Origin: Candidatus Magasanikiibacteriota bacterium
Lineage (GTDB): Bacteria > Patescibacteriota > Patescibacteriia > Magasanikbacterales > UBA922
Direction of reading: 5' to 3'
Assembly (NCBI GenBank): GCA_003510435.1
Contig: DOMK01000018.1
Location: 14,121-78,120 of the forward strand
DNA length: 64,000 bases
Under the pieces are notes generated by a model, which saw only the letters and a list, made by a program, of their open reading frames with translations, was not told where the DNA came from and searched no databases. Positions 18,955-27,250 of the stretch are shown in pieces (position 1 is the first letter of the stretch; every line of letters starts with the position of its first letter). Made by a program: the position numbers and the translations under genes.

Positions 18955-20396
18955 ATTCTTACAAAATTCTGGTCAGCATTCACTTCTACTACGTCACCAG
19001 TTTGAAATAATTTTGTTGCCAAACCAGTACCAACAATACAAGGCACACCAATTTCACGCGATAATATAGCCGCATGGCACATTATTCCACCTTGATCAGT
19101 CACTACTGCCCCAGCCAATCTCAGAGCAGGGACATATTCCGGGCTCGTCATAGTTGTTATCAAAACTTCGCCTTTTTTAATATTTTTAATTTCACTAGCC
19201 TCGCGAATAATCCGCACTTTACCAATATAACAACCAGCCGAAGCCGTCACACCCAAAAGTAAAGATTTTTTATTTATTACTATTTTTTTGTGTTCCATTA
19301 AAATTTTACTTGCTTCTGCACCCAAAAATATTTTTATGCTATTCTGATTAAATACAAATAAACTGTTGATACTTCTATTTTTTAATTCATCATCTTTTAC
19401 AAAAAGATTATTTAATAAAGCTTTTTCTAATTCTTTTGGCAAATAATATTGCATCAATTCGCGTTGGATATTTAATCTCTTGGCAATTTCTTCTAGTAAA
19501 CCCACAATGTAATAATGAACCAGAGTAAATTTTCCTTTTTTATAATCTTGCAAATAAGTAGCCAAACGTAAATTATTAAACAAATCTTTGTGTACTTTAT
19601 CAATTTTATATTTTTTTTCTAATTCTGTTTGCTGTTTTGGTAATTGATTAAAATATCTTTTGCTACTTAGTAGCCGACTTTCCATATCACCTTGTTTTAA
19701 AATGTGATCCAGCACGATAGAAAAATATTTTTCATTCCACAGATCCAATCCATAATCATAGGGTAACCAAGAATATTTTTGGGCATGTATTTTGATTACT
19801 TTCTCCAAATTAATATTTTTTTTGTTTTTAATTTTTAAAGCAATATTTAACAAATCATCTTCTTCCTGTTTGGCAAAAGATTTTTCTCGTGGGGCTGAAA
19901 GAATTGAATAAGTGGTTGTTAATTCTTCTGAATTATTAATTTTTTTACTTAAATATTCTTTTAAATAGCTACCCAATGACTCTTCTAAACCCAAAACTAT
20001 CGGCTCACTCCAAGGATAAGCTTGCTTATACAACTTTAAATACTTATCAAACATCTGCCAAAGTTCCTGATTGGTTTTTTTATTTAAATTAGTTTTATAA
20101 ATACCAGAAGCCAATTTGGCTAACGGCAACATTTTTTGATTATATTTTTTAATAATTTTATTTAAAAAAATTTTATCTTTTTTAACCAAGACCAAAGCTT
20201 GTTTGGCGACTTTTTTTACTCCAGCTTCCGAAGCATACCAGTACATTACCCCATTCAAATATTCCACCAGAGTAATTCCAAAAGATAGACCCAAAGAATC
20301 TTGCATATTTTTACAATAGGATTGGGCAATAATATATGCATTAGGTATTAAATGAATTCTCTCTTTTTGTTGCATGAAAATATAATCTTTATTCAT
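18945..20396 (-). CDS. PEP-utilizing enzyme mobile (swivel) domain protein
   Basis: C-terminus GGIMCHAAILSREIGVPCIVGTG....GDVVEVNADQNFVRI is the phospho-His swivel domain (PF00391-like). N-terminal ~380 aa unassigned. Confidence 0.7.
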   Translation of the reverse strand: MNKDYIFMQQKERIHLIPNAYIIAQSYCKNMQDSLGLSFGITLVEYLNGVMYWYASEAGVKKVAKQALVLVKKDKIFLNKIIKKYNQKMLPLAKLASGIYKTNLNKKTNQELWQMFDKYLKLYKQAYPWSEPIVLGLEESLGSYLKEYLSKKINNSEELTTTYSILSAPREKSFAKQEEDDLLNIALKIKNKKNINLEKVIKIHAQKYSWLPYDYGLDLWNEKYFSIVLDHILKQGDMESRLLSSKRYFNQLPKQQTELEKKYKIDKVHKDLFNNLRLATYLQDYKKGKFTLVHYYIVGLLEEIAKRLNIQRELMQYYLPKELEKALLNNLFVKDDELKNRSINSLFVFNQNSIKIFLGAEASKILMEHKKIVINKKSLLLGVTASAGCYIGKVRIIREASEIKNIKKGEVLITTMTSPEYVPALRLAGAVVTDQGGIMCHAAILSREIGVPCIVGTGLATKLFQTGDVVEVNADQNFVRIKK

Positions 20397-20401
20397 AAAA
20401 T

Positions 20402-21889
20402 TTAATTATTATTTTGTGGAGTAAGAATCCTTACTGTGCCATGATTAGCTCGCACAGCCACAACATCACCAGTCTTAATTTGGGTAGTGGCGGTGTGAGT
20501 ATCTATTATACATGGTTTACCAGCCAAACGAGCATTAATAGCGGCATGACAAAGCATTCCCCCAGCATTAGTAATTATGGCCCCGGCTTTTTTTATAATT
20601 TCTAACATTTTGTCATCAGTCATCTCGGTAATCAAAATTTCTCCAGCCTGAAACTTTTTTATATCCTCGGCTTTTTCTATCACCCGAGCAACACCTTGGG
20701 CATAGCCCTGTGCCCCCACCTTGCCAGCAATGGCTCGACCCAATTCACTTTGCTGTAAAATTTCTTGCAATTCTTCATAAACTTTTTTAACTTCCACCCC
20801 TTCAATAATTTTGTAATCCTTACCCAATACCGAAAGCAAAAAACCCTGACTAAAACGATTTTTTAGAATTTGTTTTTTTATTAAGCCACGCAACAAATTG
20901 TCCAATTCTTCAAAAGTCAAAAAAAATAAATATTTCTCATCAATGCCTGAAATTTTTGCCAGCAGTTTAAATAGCTTAATCCACAACTCTTGAACTTGCA
21001 AATTAACTCCCTGCCGATATTCGCGCCATTGTCCCAACTCTTTAAAAAACTCCAAAGGATTGGTATCCAATTTATATTTTTTCAAAATTATCATGGTCAA
21101 CTGGCGGTGTTTTTTGGCACGCGCAATCTCCTCTTTGGTATTTTTATTTTTGTCTAAAACTTTTTCACTGGTTAAAAGTTCAGCAATTTCCATTTGCGAA
21201 AAATTATAAATCTTGCCAATTCGTGCTACTTCTTTGTTGTCATAGCCCAAATCAAAACTATCAATAAATATTGCTGTAGACCAAAACTTTTCCAAAATGC
21301 TTTGCCATTGTTTCAAAAATTCTAATAATTCATTTGTATCCCATTCTGCTGGTAAACCAGTCGCATATTCCTGGCAAAACGCTTCTACTTTTTTTCCATA
21401 ATCAAAAAAACTTTCTTTTAGTTCAAAATGTCGCCGGCTTAATTCTCCATATTCTTTATAAACACTTTCTGCCATCTCTGCAAATGCCAAGGTAGTGTGC
21501 CAAAAAACCTCACAAGTGCCATTTTTAAAATACACATCACAAGTCCCCAGACCCTCATCAAAAAATTTGGGGTTAGGATGAACAATACCAGTAATTCTGG
21601 GCCAAAAAATGATCGGGCTTAAAGCCAATATTTGCCGATACATTTTGGGAGCACTCTCTTCGCTTTGTTTTGGTTCAAACTCCACAATATCATTAATTTT
21701 CAGACCATATCTTTCGCACAGCTTGTCCAGGGTGGAAAACCAGACTCCTTCAGCTTTGCCATGAAAAAGTGCAGTAATAGTATTGCGATTTATGCCAGTT
21801 TCTTGGCTAATTTCAGACATATTCTTGCCAAGTTTCTTAGCAATGGTATGGATTTTTAGTTTAATCATACTTTTTTTCAGTGGAATCAT
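20402..21889 (-). CDS. XRE-type HTH fused to a PEP-utilizing enzyme mobile domain
   Basis: N-terminal HTH (IAKKLGKNMSEISQETGINRNTITALFHG). C-terminus AGGMLCHAAINARLAGKPCIIDT...GDVVAVRANHGTVRIL is a swivel domain with the catalytic His context. Confidence 0.7.
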   Translation of the reverse strand: MIPLKKSMIKLKIHTIAKKLGKNMSEISQETGINRNTITALFHGKAEGVWFSTLDKLCERYGLKINDIVEFEPKQSEESAPKMYRQILALSPIIFWPRITGIVHPNPKFFDEGLGTCDVYFKNGTCEVFWHTTLAFAEMAESVYKEYGELSRRHFELKESFFDYGKKVEAFCQEYATGLPAEWDTNELLEFLKQWQSILEKFWSTAIFIDSFDLGYDNKEVARIGKIYNFSQMEIAELLTSEKVLDKNKNTKEEIARAKKHRQLTMIILKKYKLDTNPLEFFKELGQWREYRQGVNLQVQELWIKLFKLLAKISGIDEKYLFFLTFEELDNLLRGLIKKQILKNRFSQGFLLSVLGKDYKIIEGVEVKKVYEELQEILQQSELGRAIAGKVGAQGYAQGVARVIEKAEDIKKFQAGEILITEMTDDKMLEIIKKAGAIITNAGGMLCHAAINARLAGKPCIIDTHTATTQIKTGDVVAVRANHGTVRILTPQNNN

Positions 21890-21997
21890 TAATAATCAGT
21901 GTAATCAATGTTACGCATATTATAGTATATTCAGATAACTTTGTCAATATTTCACAGTTTTTGTAATGGTTTTATTACAAAAATGACCATAATATCA

Positions 21998-22026
21998 TTG
22001 ACAATTAGGGGAAAAATGATTATAAT
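21998..22026 (+). promoter_or_regulatory. Perfect-consensus sigma70 promoter TTGACA-17-TATAAT
   Basis: TTGACA 21998-22003, 17-nt spacer, TATAAT 22021-22026. Drives the leader and ORF at 22155. Confidence 0.55.
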
Positions 22027-22033
22027 ATCCTGT

Positions 22034-22154
22034 TTTACCTAGTGGGTAAGACGCTGATCTTTAAAAACTACTGTTTCCTGGAGGGGAATAGTAGAAAAAA
22101 TATTGTTTTACCCAGTTGGTGAAACAAAACGCTCTTTACAACGGAGGACATAAC
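22034..22154 (+). promoter_or_regulatory. ~120-nt 5' UTR with two direct repeats tgttttaccYagtNggtRa...acgct and a GGAGG Shine-Dalgarno
   Basis: Copy 1: ctgttttacctagtgggtaagacgct (22031-22056). Copy 2: ttgttttacccagttggtgaaacaaaacgct (22103-22133). GGAGG lies 8 nt before the ATG. Confidence 0.35.
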
Positions 22155-22580
22155 ATGAGCGACTGGTTTTTGCCGACAATTCCCGAAATTCTTGTCGGGA
22201 AAAAAATCGCATTCGTGTGGCCAGAAGAAAAGGGCCAGAGTGATTGGGAAAAGATAGAAGGATATGGGGCACCGGAACATTTCGTGGCTCGCGACATTCG
22301 CGAGGGGCTGAGCATTCCTCTCGAGAGAATTGATTATATAGTTCTTTACCAGGGAAAATCTGCAATTTGCACGTACAGAATATTGAGATACCTTAAAGCC
22401 TGTGGGTTCCCCGCGAAAAAAGTATTTGTTGCCCTGTGTGGATGTTCAAGGGAAGACCACGAAATCGTCATGAAAGACATGGGTTTCGAAAGTCTCGCAG
22501 GGGTGATTCCAGTACCCTGCCAAGCTTTCCATCATGTGATTTGTCAGTGGGTTCTCGCACACCACGCTTCTCCTTCTTAG
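22155..22580 (+). CDS. Hypothetical protein (GC-rich island, 141 aa)
   Basis: Strong Shine-Dalgarno; local GC about 50% against a ~33% background. No known domain. Confidence 0.5.
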   Translation: MSDWFLPTIPEILVGKKIAFVWPEEKGQSDWEKIEGYGAPEHFVARDIREGLSIPLERIDYIVLYQGKSAICTYRILRYLKACGFPAKKVFVALCGCSREDHEIVMKDMGFESLAGVIPVPCQAFHHVICQWVLAHHASPS

Positions 22581-22736
22581 ATCACTAGGTGCACAACCTG
22601 GATGATCATCGGGTTTTGCTCGATTACCCTTCAAGTCTGCACAGACAAATCGAGCCTTCCATTGTTTTATTCTTCCCTCCTTCGCTCTACCAAGCTACGG
22701 AGGATAATAAAAGGATAAAATTTAGAAAGAAAAAAA

Positions 22737-22761
22737 CAAAACTCCCCACAAAGGAGTTTTT
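22737..22761 (+). terminator. Terminator hairpin aaaactcc-ccacaaa-ggagtttt
   Basis: 8-bp stem followed by a T-run; same motif as 18923-18954. Confidence 0.5.
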
Positions 22762-22784
22762 GTGATATAATATTACCAACACAT

Positions 22785-22809
22785 AACACGAGACACATAT
22801 CACGTAACA
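22785..22809 (-). repeat. Interspersed repeat; 25-nt exact copy (reverse orientation) of 59763-59787
   Basis: rc of aacacgagacacatatcacgtaaca equals tgttacgtgatatgtgtctcgtgtt, identical to 59763-59787. Diverged copies at 27214-27250 and 32891-32920. Confidence 0.6.
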
Positions 22810-22845
22810 ATTGATATGTGATATGTGTTATATGATACGTGAATT

Positions 22846-23940
22846 ATGTTCAACAACCCTTTCCCCAACGCCTTTGGTCTAGATATTGGGGACCTATCAA
22901 TAAAATTAGTTCAACTTAGAAATGTTTCCTTGATCCGTAGGAAGCCAACTTATCAACTAATAAATTTTCGTTCTATAAGTTTACCACCTGGTTTAATTGT
23001 TAATGGTGAATTGCAAAAACCAGAAGAGGTTAGACTGCGTATTCAACGTTTATTAAAAGGTAATAAAAATCAAAAACCAATTACTGACCCATGGGTCATA
23101 TCAGTCTTACCCGAAATGCAAAGCTTTATAAAATTGATTGATACTGAACAAAATATTGAGGATCTGCTAGATGAGGATATAAAAGAACTAGCCAAAAAAC
23201 ATATTCCTTATGATGATGATGGTAGTTATTATGTGGAATGGCAAATTATGCCAAAAGTTGGTGATAAAAATAGAATCCTCATTGGCGCTGTACCAAAAAC
23301 TATTGCTGATAGTTATACTTATTTATTAGAAAGTTTAGGCTTGGGTGTAGTGGCTTTAGAAATTGAGGCCTTGCCCATTGCCCGGTCTATGATTACCGCG
23401 AGTAAAGAATATGAAAACGAAGCCAGAGCCCTTCTAGATCTCGGCGCAGCCAGGTCTAGTTTTATTGTTTATGATCATGACATTGTCCAATTTAGCACGA
23501 GCATTCCTTTTTCTGGAGAAATTATTACCACAGCTCTATCACAACAATTACATGTTAGCCATGAAGAAGCCGAGGCTTTAAAAATAAAACAGGGTTTGGA
23601 ATATAATAAAGGTAATAAAGTGTGGCGAGTAAATACTAAAATAATTGATGACTTGGTCAAAAATATAAAAGATGCCATTGAATTTTATTATTCTCATTTT
23701 TCCAATCCAAATAAAATAACCAGAATTACCATGTGTGGTGGTACGGCTAATATAAAAAAATTAGACAAAATATTATCTACCAAATTAAAAATCACGACTC
23801 GACCCGGGCACCCTTGGAAAAATCTTTCTTCCAACAAATCTATCCCTATGTCCGAAGAAGAGTCTATTAGTTATTCCACTGCTATTGGCCTAGCCCTAAG
23901 GGCGGCTGATAATCCATTTTTTACTTACGACGCTCTATGA
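22846..23940 (+). CDS. pilM: Type IV pilus assembly protein PilM (actin-like ATPase fold)
   Basis: N-terminus FGLDIGDLSIKLVQL; 364 aa; followed by pilN and pilO with overlapping stops and starts. Confidence 0.8.
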   Translation: MFNNPFPNAFGLDIGDLSIKLVQLRNVSLIRRKPTYQLINFRSISLPPGLIVNGELQKPEEVRLRIQRLLKGNKNQKPITDPWVISVLPEMQSFIKLIDTEQNIEDLLDEDIKELAKKHIPYDDDGSYYVEWQIMPKVGDKNRILIGAVPKTIADSYTYLLESLGLGVVALEIEALPIARSMITASKEYENEARALLDLGAARSSFIVYDHDIVQFSTSIPFSGEIITTALSQQLHVSHEEAEALKIKQGLEYNKGNKVWRVNTKIIDDLVKNIKDAIEFYYSHFSNPNKITRITMCGGTANIKKLDKILSTKLKITTRPGHPWKNLSSNKSIPMSEEESISYSTAIGLALRAADNPFFTYDAL

Positions 23941-24464
23941 TCCCCCACCGCTTAAATTTATTATCACCAGACAAAAGAAAACTATTAAAAAGAATGGTCA
24001 ATTTTCAATTTTTAAAAAGTTTATTAGAAATGATTTTATTTTTCTTGAGTATATTTGGGATTGCCCTCCTGGGTGGACAGTGGGTATTACAAGATCATTT
24101 TTATGCTATTACTGGTCATATTAATTCGGTCAACAATAAATACGCTGATAAAAACTTAGAAATAAAAAGTATAAATAAAACTTTAATTCAAACCGAAAAA
24201 ATCCAAAAAGAATACACGGTTTGGACCGTCAAGATAGTTGAACTGACCAATAATATTCCTGATGATATTACTTTGACTGGATTATCATTTGATAAAAATA
24301 GTAAAAAAATAAATATTACTGGTGAGGCTAACAATCGCAATGACCTACTTTTATTTAAACAAAAATTGGAAAACATCCAATGGATAAATTTGGTAGAAGT
24401 CCCCCCTGATCAATTAATCCAAAAAGATAAAATCCAATTTTCTATTACTCCACTCATGAAATAG
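23937..24464 (+). CDS. pilN: PilN-like bitopic membrane protein
   Basis: Short cytoplasmic N-terminus (RLNLLSPDKRK), one TM, periplasmic domain. Overlaps the pilM stop. Confidence 0.6.
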   Translation: MIPHRLNLLSPDKRKLLKRMVNFQFLKSLLEMILFFLSIFGIALLGGQWVLQDHFYAITGHINSVNNKYADKNLEIKSINKTLIQTEKIQKEYTVWTVKIVELTNNIPDDITLTGLSFDKNSKKINITGEANNRNDLLLFKQKLENIQWINLVEVPPDQLIQKDKIQFSITPLMK

Positions 24465-24465
24465 T

Positions 24466-25056
24466 ATGAACATGTCTCTTAAACAAAAACTTTTGATCTA
24501 TATCCTCGCCATTTTTGTCGTGGTGGTGATTGTGGGCGGATTTATCATTACTCCTACGGTTATAAAAATACTATCTTTGCGCAATGATATTAATAATATT
24601 GAGGGTGAAATGGAATCACGTTATAAAAAAATCCAATCCTTAAAGCTATCTGTTCAGAAATTGCCAATCATAAAATCTGAAACAAATAAATTTTCTGAAA
24701 TCACTATCAAACCTGGTGAAGAATTAAATGTTATTACTGAGTTAGAAAAAATTGCTATTGAAAATAATATCGAGCAAAATACTGATTTAGTTTTTGTGGA
24801 TACCAAAAAAGACAAACCTACAAATGCTACCACAAAAAAAGATAACACAGAAAAACCCTTACCCCAATATTACAAATTTTCATTTTTAAATAATGGTTAT
24901 TTTGCTGATCATATAAAATATTTACAAGCTTTGGAAAAGCTACCATATTATATGGTAATAGATAAATTAAGTTTTGAAAAAAAAAATAATGACGAAAAAC
25001 AACCAAATAAAATTACTCTTCGTTTTGATGCAATTATCTATGTGGACAATAAATAA
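24466..25056 (+). CDS. pilO: PilO-like bitopic membrane protein
   Basis: N-terminal TM followed by a coiled-coil segment; same operon. Confidence 0.5.
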   Translation: MNMSLKQKLLIYILAIFVVVVIVGGFIITPTVIKILSLRNDINNIEGEMESRYKKIQSLKLSVQKLPIIKSETNKFSEITIKPGEELNVITELEKIAIENNIEQNTDLVFVDTKKDKPTNATTKKDNTEKPLPQYYKFSFLNNGYFADHIKYLQALEKLPYYMVIDKLSFEKKNNDEKQPNKITLRFDAIIYVDNK

Positions 25057-25381
25057 AACTCAAAAAAAAGATGCTTACCAATCAAAAGAATATGGCCAAT
25101 TTATACAATTGCGCATTGTTAGTCTTATTTTTATTGGCTTATTATTAATTGGTTCTACCGTTAGTATTCTTTTCATTTATAAAAATATTTTTGATACCAT
25201 TACCCAAGCTGAAGCGATTATTATGGCCAAAAATAGCCCTATGGTAGAAATAATTGATTTTAGTAGATATGAAACAACAAAAAAAGCTTGGGAAGAAAAA
25301 AATAATCGTGAAACAATAAATCTTACCAAAGACCCTTTTAACGTCATTCAGGTGGTGGTGGAAAAAATAAAACCAAAATAA
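25040..25381 (+). CDS. Small single-TM protein downstream of pilO (possible PilP-like component)
   Basis: Met at 25040 overlaps the pilO stop by 17 nt; one TM (IVSLIFIGLLLIGSTVSILFIY). Confidence 0.4.
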   Translation: MWTINKTQKKDAYQSKEYGQFIQLRIVSLIFIGLLLIGSTVSILFIYKNIFDTITQAEAIIMAKNSPMVEIIDFSRYETTKKAWEEKNNRETINLTKDPFNVIQVVVEKIKPK

Positions 25382-25385
25382 TTTT

Positions 25386-26477
25386 ATGTTATATCTTTTT
25401 CAACTTGGTCATCAGCCCCACATCTCTACTGCCGAACTTGAGGCAGTTTTTTCACAAAGAAAAATTTCTTACAAAGAAGTATTTAAAAATAATGAATATT
25501 TAATTTTGGAAATTAAAAAAAAGCTTGATACTGATGAACTAATTAACCAACTAGGTGGTATTATAAAAATTGGTGAACAAATTGAATTGGATTTAATTGA
25601 TTATTTAAAAACCAAATATGGAAAGATAATTTTTTCTATTAATGATCAAAAACTTGGCATTAACACTAAAAAAGAATTGAAATCTGCTGGTCTGTCTGCT
25701 CGCTATGTAGAACCAAAAAATACCGCCACTATTCTCCACAATAATCTAGTCAAAAGACAAACTGATTTAACTGTAATTGATAAAAAACTTTTTTACACGT
25801 CAGCGATCCAGCCTTTTGAAGCTATGGGCGAGCGTGATTTTGATCGGCCTGGGAGTGATGACAAATCTGGCATGCTCCCTCCAAAATTAGCCAAAATAAT
25901 GATTAATTTGTCTTTGGTAGATAAAGCAAAAACTATTTTAGATCCATTCTGCGGTTCTGGAACTGTTTTGACCGAAGCCATGGTAATGGGTTATAAATAT
26001 TTGCTTGGTTCGGATATTTCTCCCAAAGCAATCGATGATACAGAAAAAAATATACTGTGGATAAAAGACAACTATCAAATAACCGATCTGAAATACAAAC
26101 TTCATGAATGCGATGCCACCCAACTTCATCAGATTATAATTCCAAACTCAATAAACACCATCGTCACCGAGCCATATTTGGGTAAACCATTGCGTGGTAA
26201 TGAAAATAAAATCACTTTACAAAAACAAGCTAATGAACTCTCAAAATTATATATAGAAAGTTTCAAATCTTTTTACAAAATTCTCAAAGAGAATGGCACA
26301 GCGGTAATAGTAATTCCCCAGTTTAGATATCAAGACGAATGGATAAAAATTGATTGCATAAAAGAAATTTTAAAATCTGGTTTTGAATTAATGCCATTTG
26401 ACAAAGACGACTGTCTGCTCTATCATCGCCCAAAACAACACGTGGGGCGAACAATTTATAGATTTAAAAAAACCTGA
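25386..26477 (+). CDS. Class I SAM-dependent methyltransferase, UPF0020/Trm11/RlmL-like (putative RNA m2G methylase)
   Basis: Motif I DPFCGSGTVLTEA; motif IV-like VTEPYLG. Confidence 0.7.
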   Translation: MLYLFQLGHQPHISTAELEAVFSQRKISYKEVFKNNEYLILEIKKKLDTDELINQLGGIIKIGEQIELDLIDYLKTKYGKIIFSINDQKLGINTKKELKSAGLSARYVEPKNTATILHNNLVKRQTDLTVIDKKLFYTSAIQPFEAMGERDFDRPGSDDKSGMLPPKLAKIMINLSLVDKAKTILDPFCGSGTVLTEAMVMGYKYLLGSDISPKAIDDTEKNILWIKDNYQITDLKYKLHECDATQLHQIIIPNSINTIVTEPYLGKPLRGNENKITLQKQANELSKLYIESFKSFYKILKENGTAVIVIPQFRYQDEWIKIDCIKEILKSGFELMPFDKDDCLLYHRPKQHVGRTIYRFKKT

Positions 26478-26513
26478 TTTTAATCAGGTTTTTTTAAATC
26501 TAATTACTAACTC

Positions 26514-27113
26514 CTATTCTGTTCTCAATTCACTTAAATCACCTCTCTCTAATTGTGCCTTATAATTATGAACGTAATGCCAAAGATTCCAAAAATTTAT
26601 AACCTCATCTCTATTCTTAGTCATATCAGATAATTTAAAACCTAATTTTTCCAATAATAATTTAAATTCTGGCTCACCTATCCAAGGATATTGTTTGATA
26701 TCAATGTTAAACTCCACACTACTAATGCCACCTTGTTCATCTTTGTATAAAAGATCTCCACTAAAACCAGAGTCAGTTTTTGTAATTTCACCTCCTCTAA
26801 AAAAAGCCGTCTTCGGCGCAAAATCTTCAAAACCATTAATGCCCTCTACCACCAAACCAGAAGCATTTCCACCTAAGGCTGAATCGGTCTGTATCTCGGC
26901 ATCGCTTTGTTGTCCAATCATCCCAAGATTGTGTTCACGAAAAGCCCTGACCCTCTCCCCAGCTTGTCTAATTGTTTCTGCATCAGCAAAAGACTTGGTG
27001 TTCGTTGTGAGATGTTCACCTACTTTATCTAGAACTTCTTGGTGTTTTTCCTCATTTGCCCAAAAAGCCCCGTAGTCATGTGCACCCCATCCACTTTTTC
27101 CAAAGTCATTCAT
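26514..27113 (-). CDS. Hypothetical protein (199 aa), moderately GC-rich
   Basis: Intact ORF with about 45% GC; no recognisable domain. Confidence 0.45.
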   Translation of the reverse strand: MNDFGKSGWGAHDYGAFWANEEKHQEVLDKVGEHLTTNTKSFADAETIRQAGERVRAFREHNLGMIGQQSDAEIQTDSALGGNASGLVVEGINGFEDFAPKTAFFRGGEITKTDSGFSGDLLYKDEQGGISSVEFNIDIKQYPWIGEPEFKLLLEKLGFKLSDMTKNRDEVINFWNLWHYVHNYKAQLERGDLSELRTE

Positions 27114-27213
27114 ATTTTTATTTTTAAAAATTAATATATATAAACATTATCATTTCAACCAAAAATAGTCAAATAGCACACTTTATAAAAATTAAACTCC
27201 AAAAACATATAAT

Positions 27214-27250
27214 TTGTGTTATGTGGTTCGTGATATGTGATCGTGTTATT
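27214..27250 (+). repeat. Diverged copy of the gtgttaYgtg..gatatgtg interspersed repeat
   Basis: tttgtgttatgtggttcgtgatatgtgatcgtgtt; about 85% identical to 59758-59790. Confidence 0.5.

Noticed and set aside
22034-22154. Guanidine-II (mini-ykkC) riboswitch because of two repeated hairpin-like units containing ACGC
   Set aside because: Loop is ACGC, not ACGR; stems are not the conserved GC-rich 5-bp helices. Kept only as an unclassified repeat-containing leader.
22590-22700. GC-rich segment that might be a tRNA or other small RNA gene
   Set aside because: No T-loop GTTCRANYC or cloverleaf could be drawn. More likely the 3' UTR or terminator region of GC island 2.
24974-25381. ORF start at 24974 overlapping pilO by 83 nt in another frame
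   Set aside because: Internal Met at 25040 gives a conventional 17-nt overlap with the pilO stop and a sensible TM protein; the upstream extension is probably not translated.
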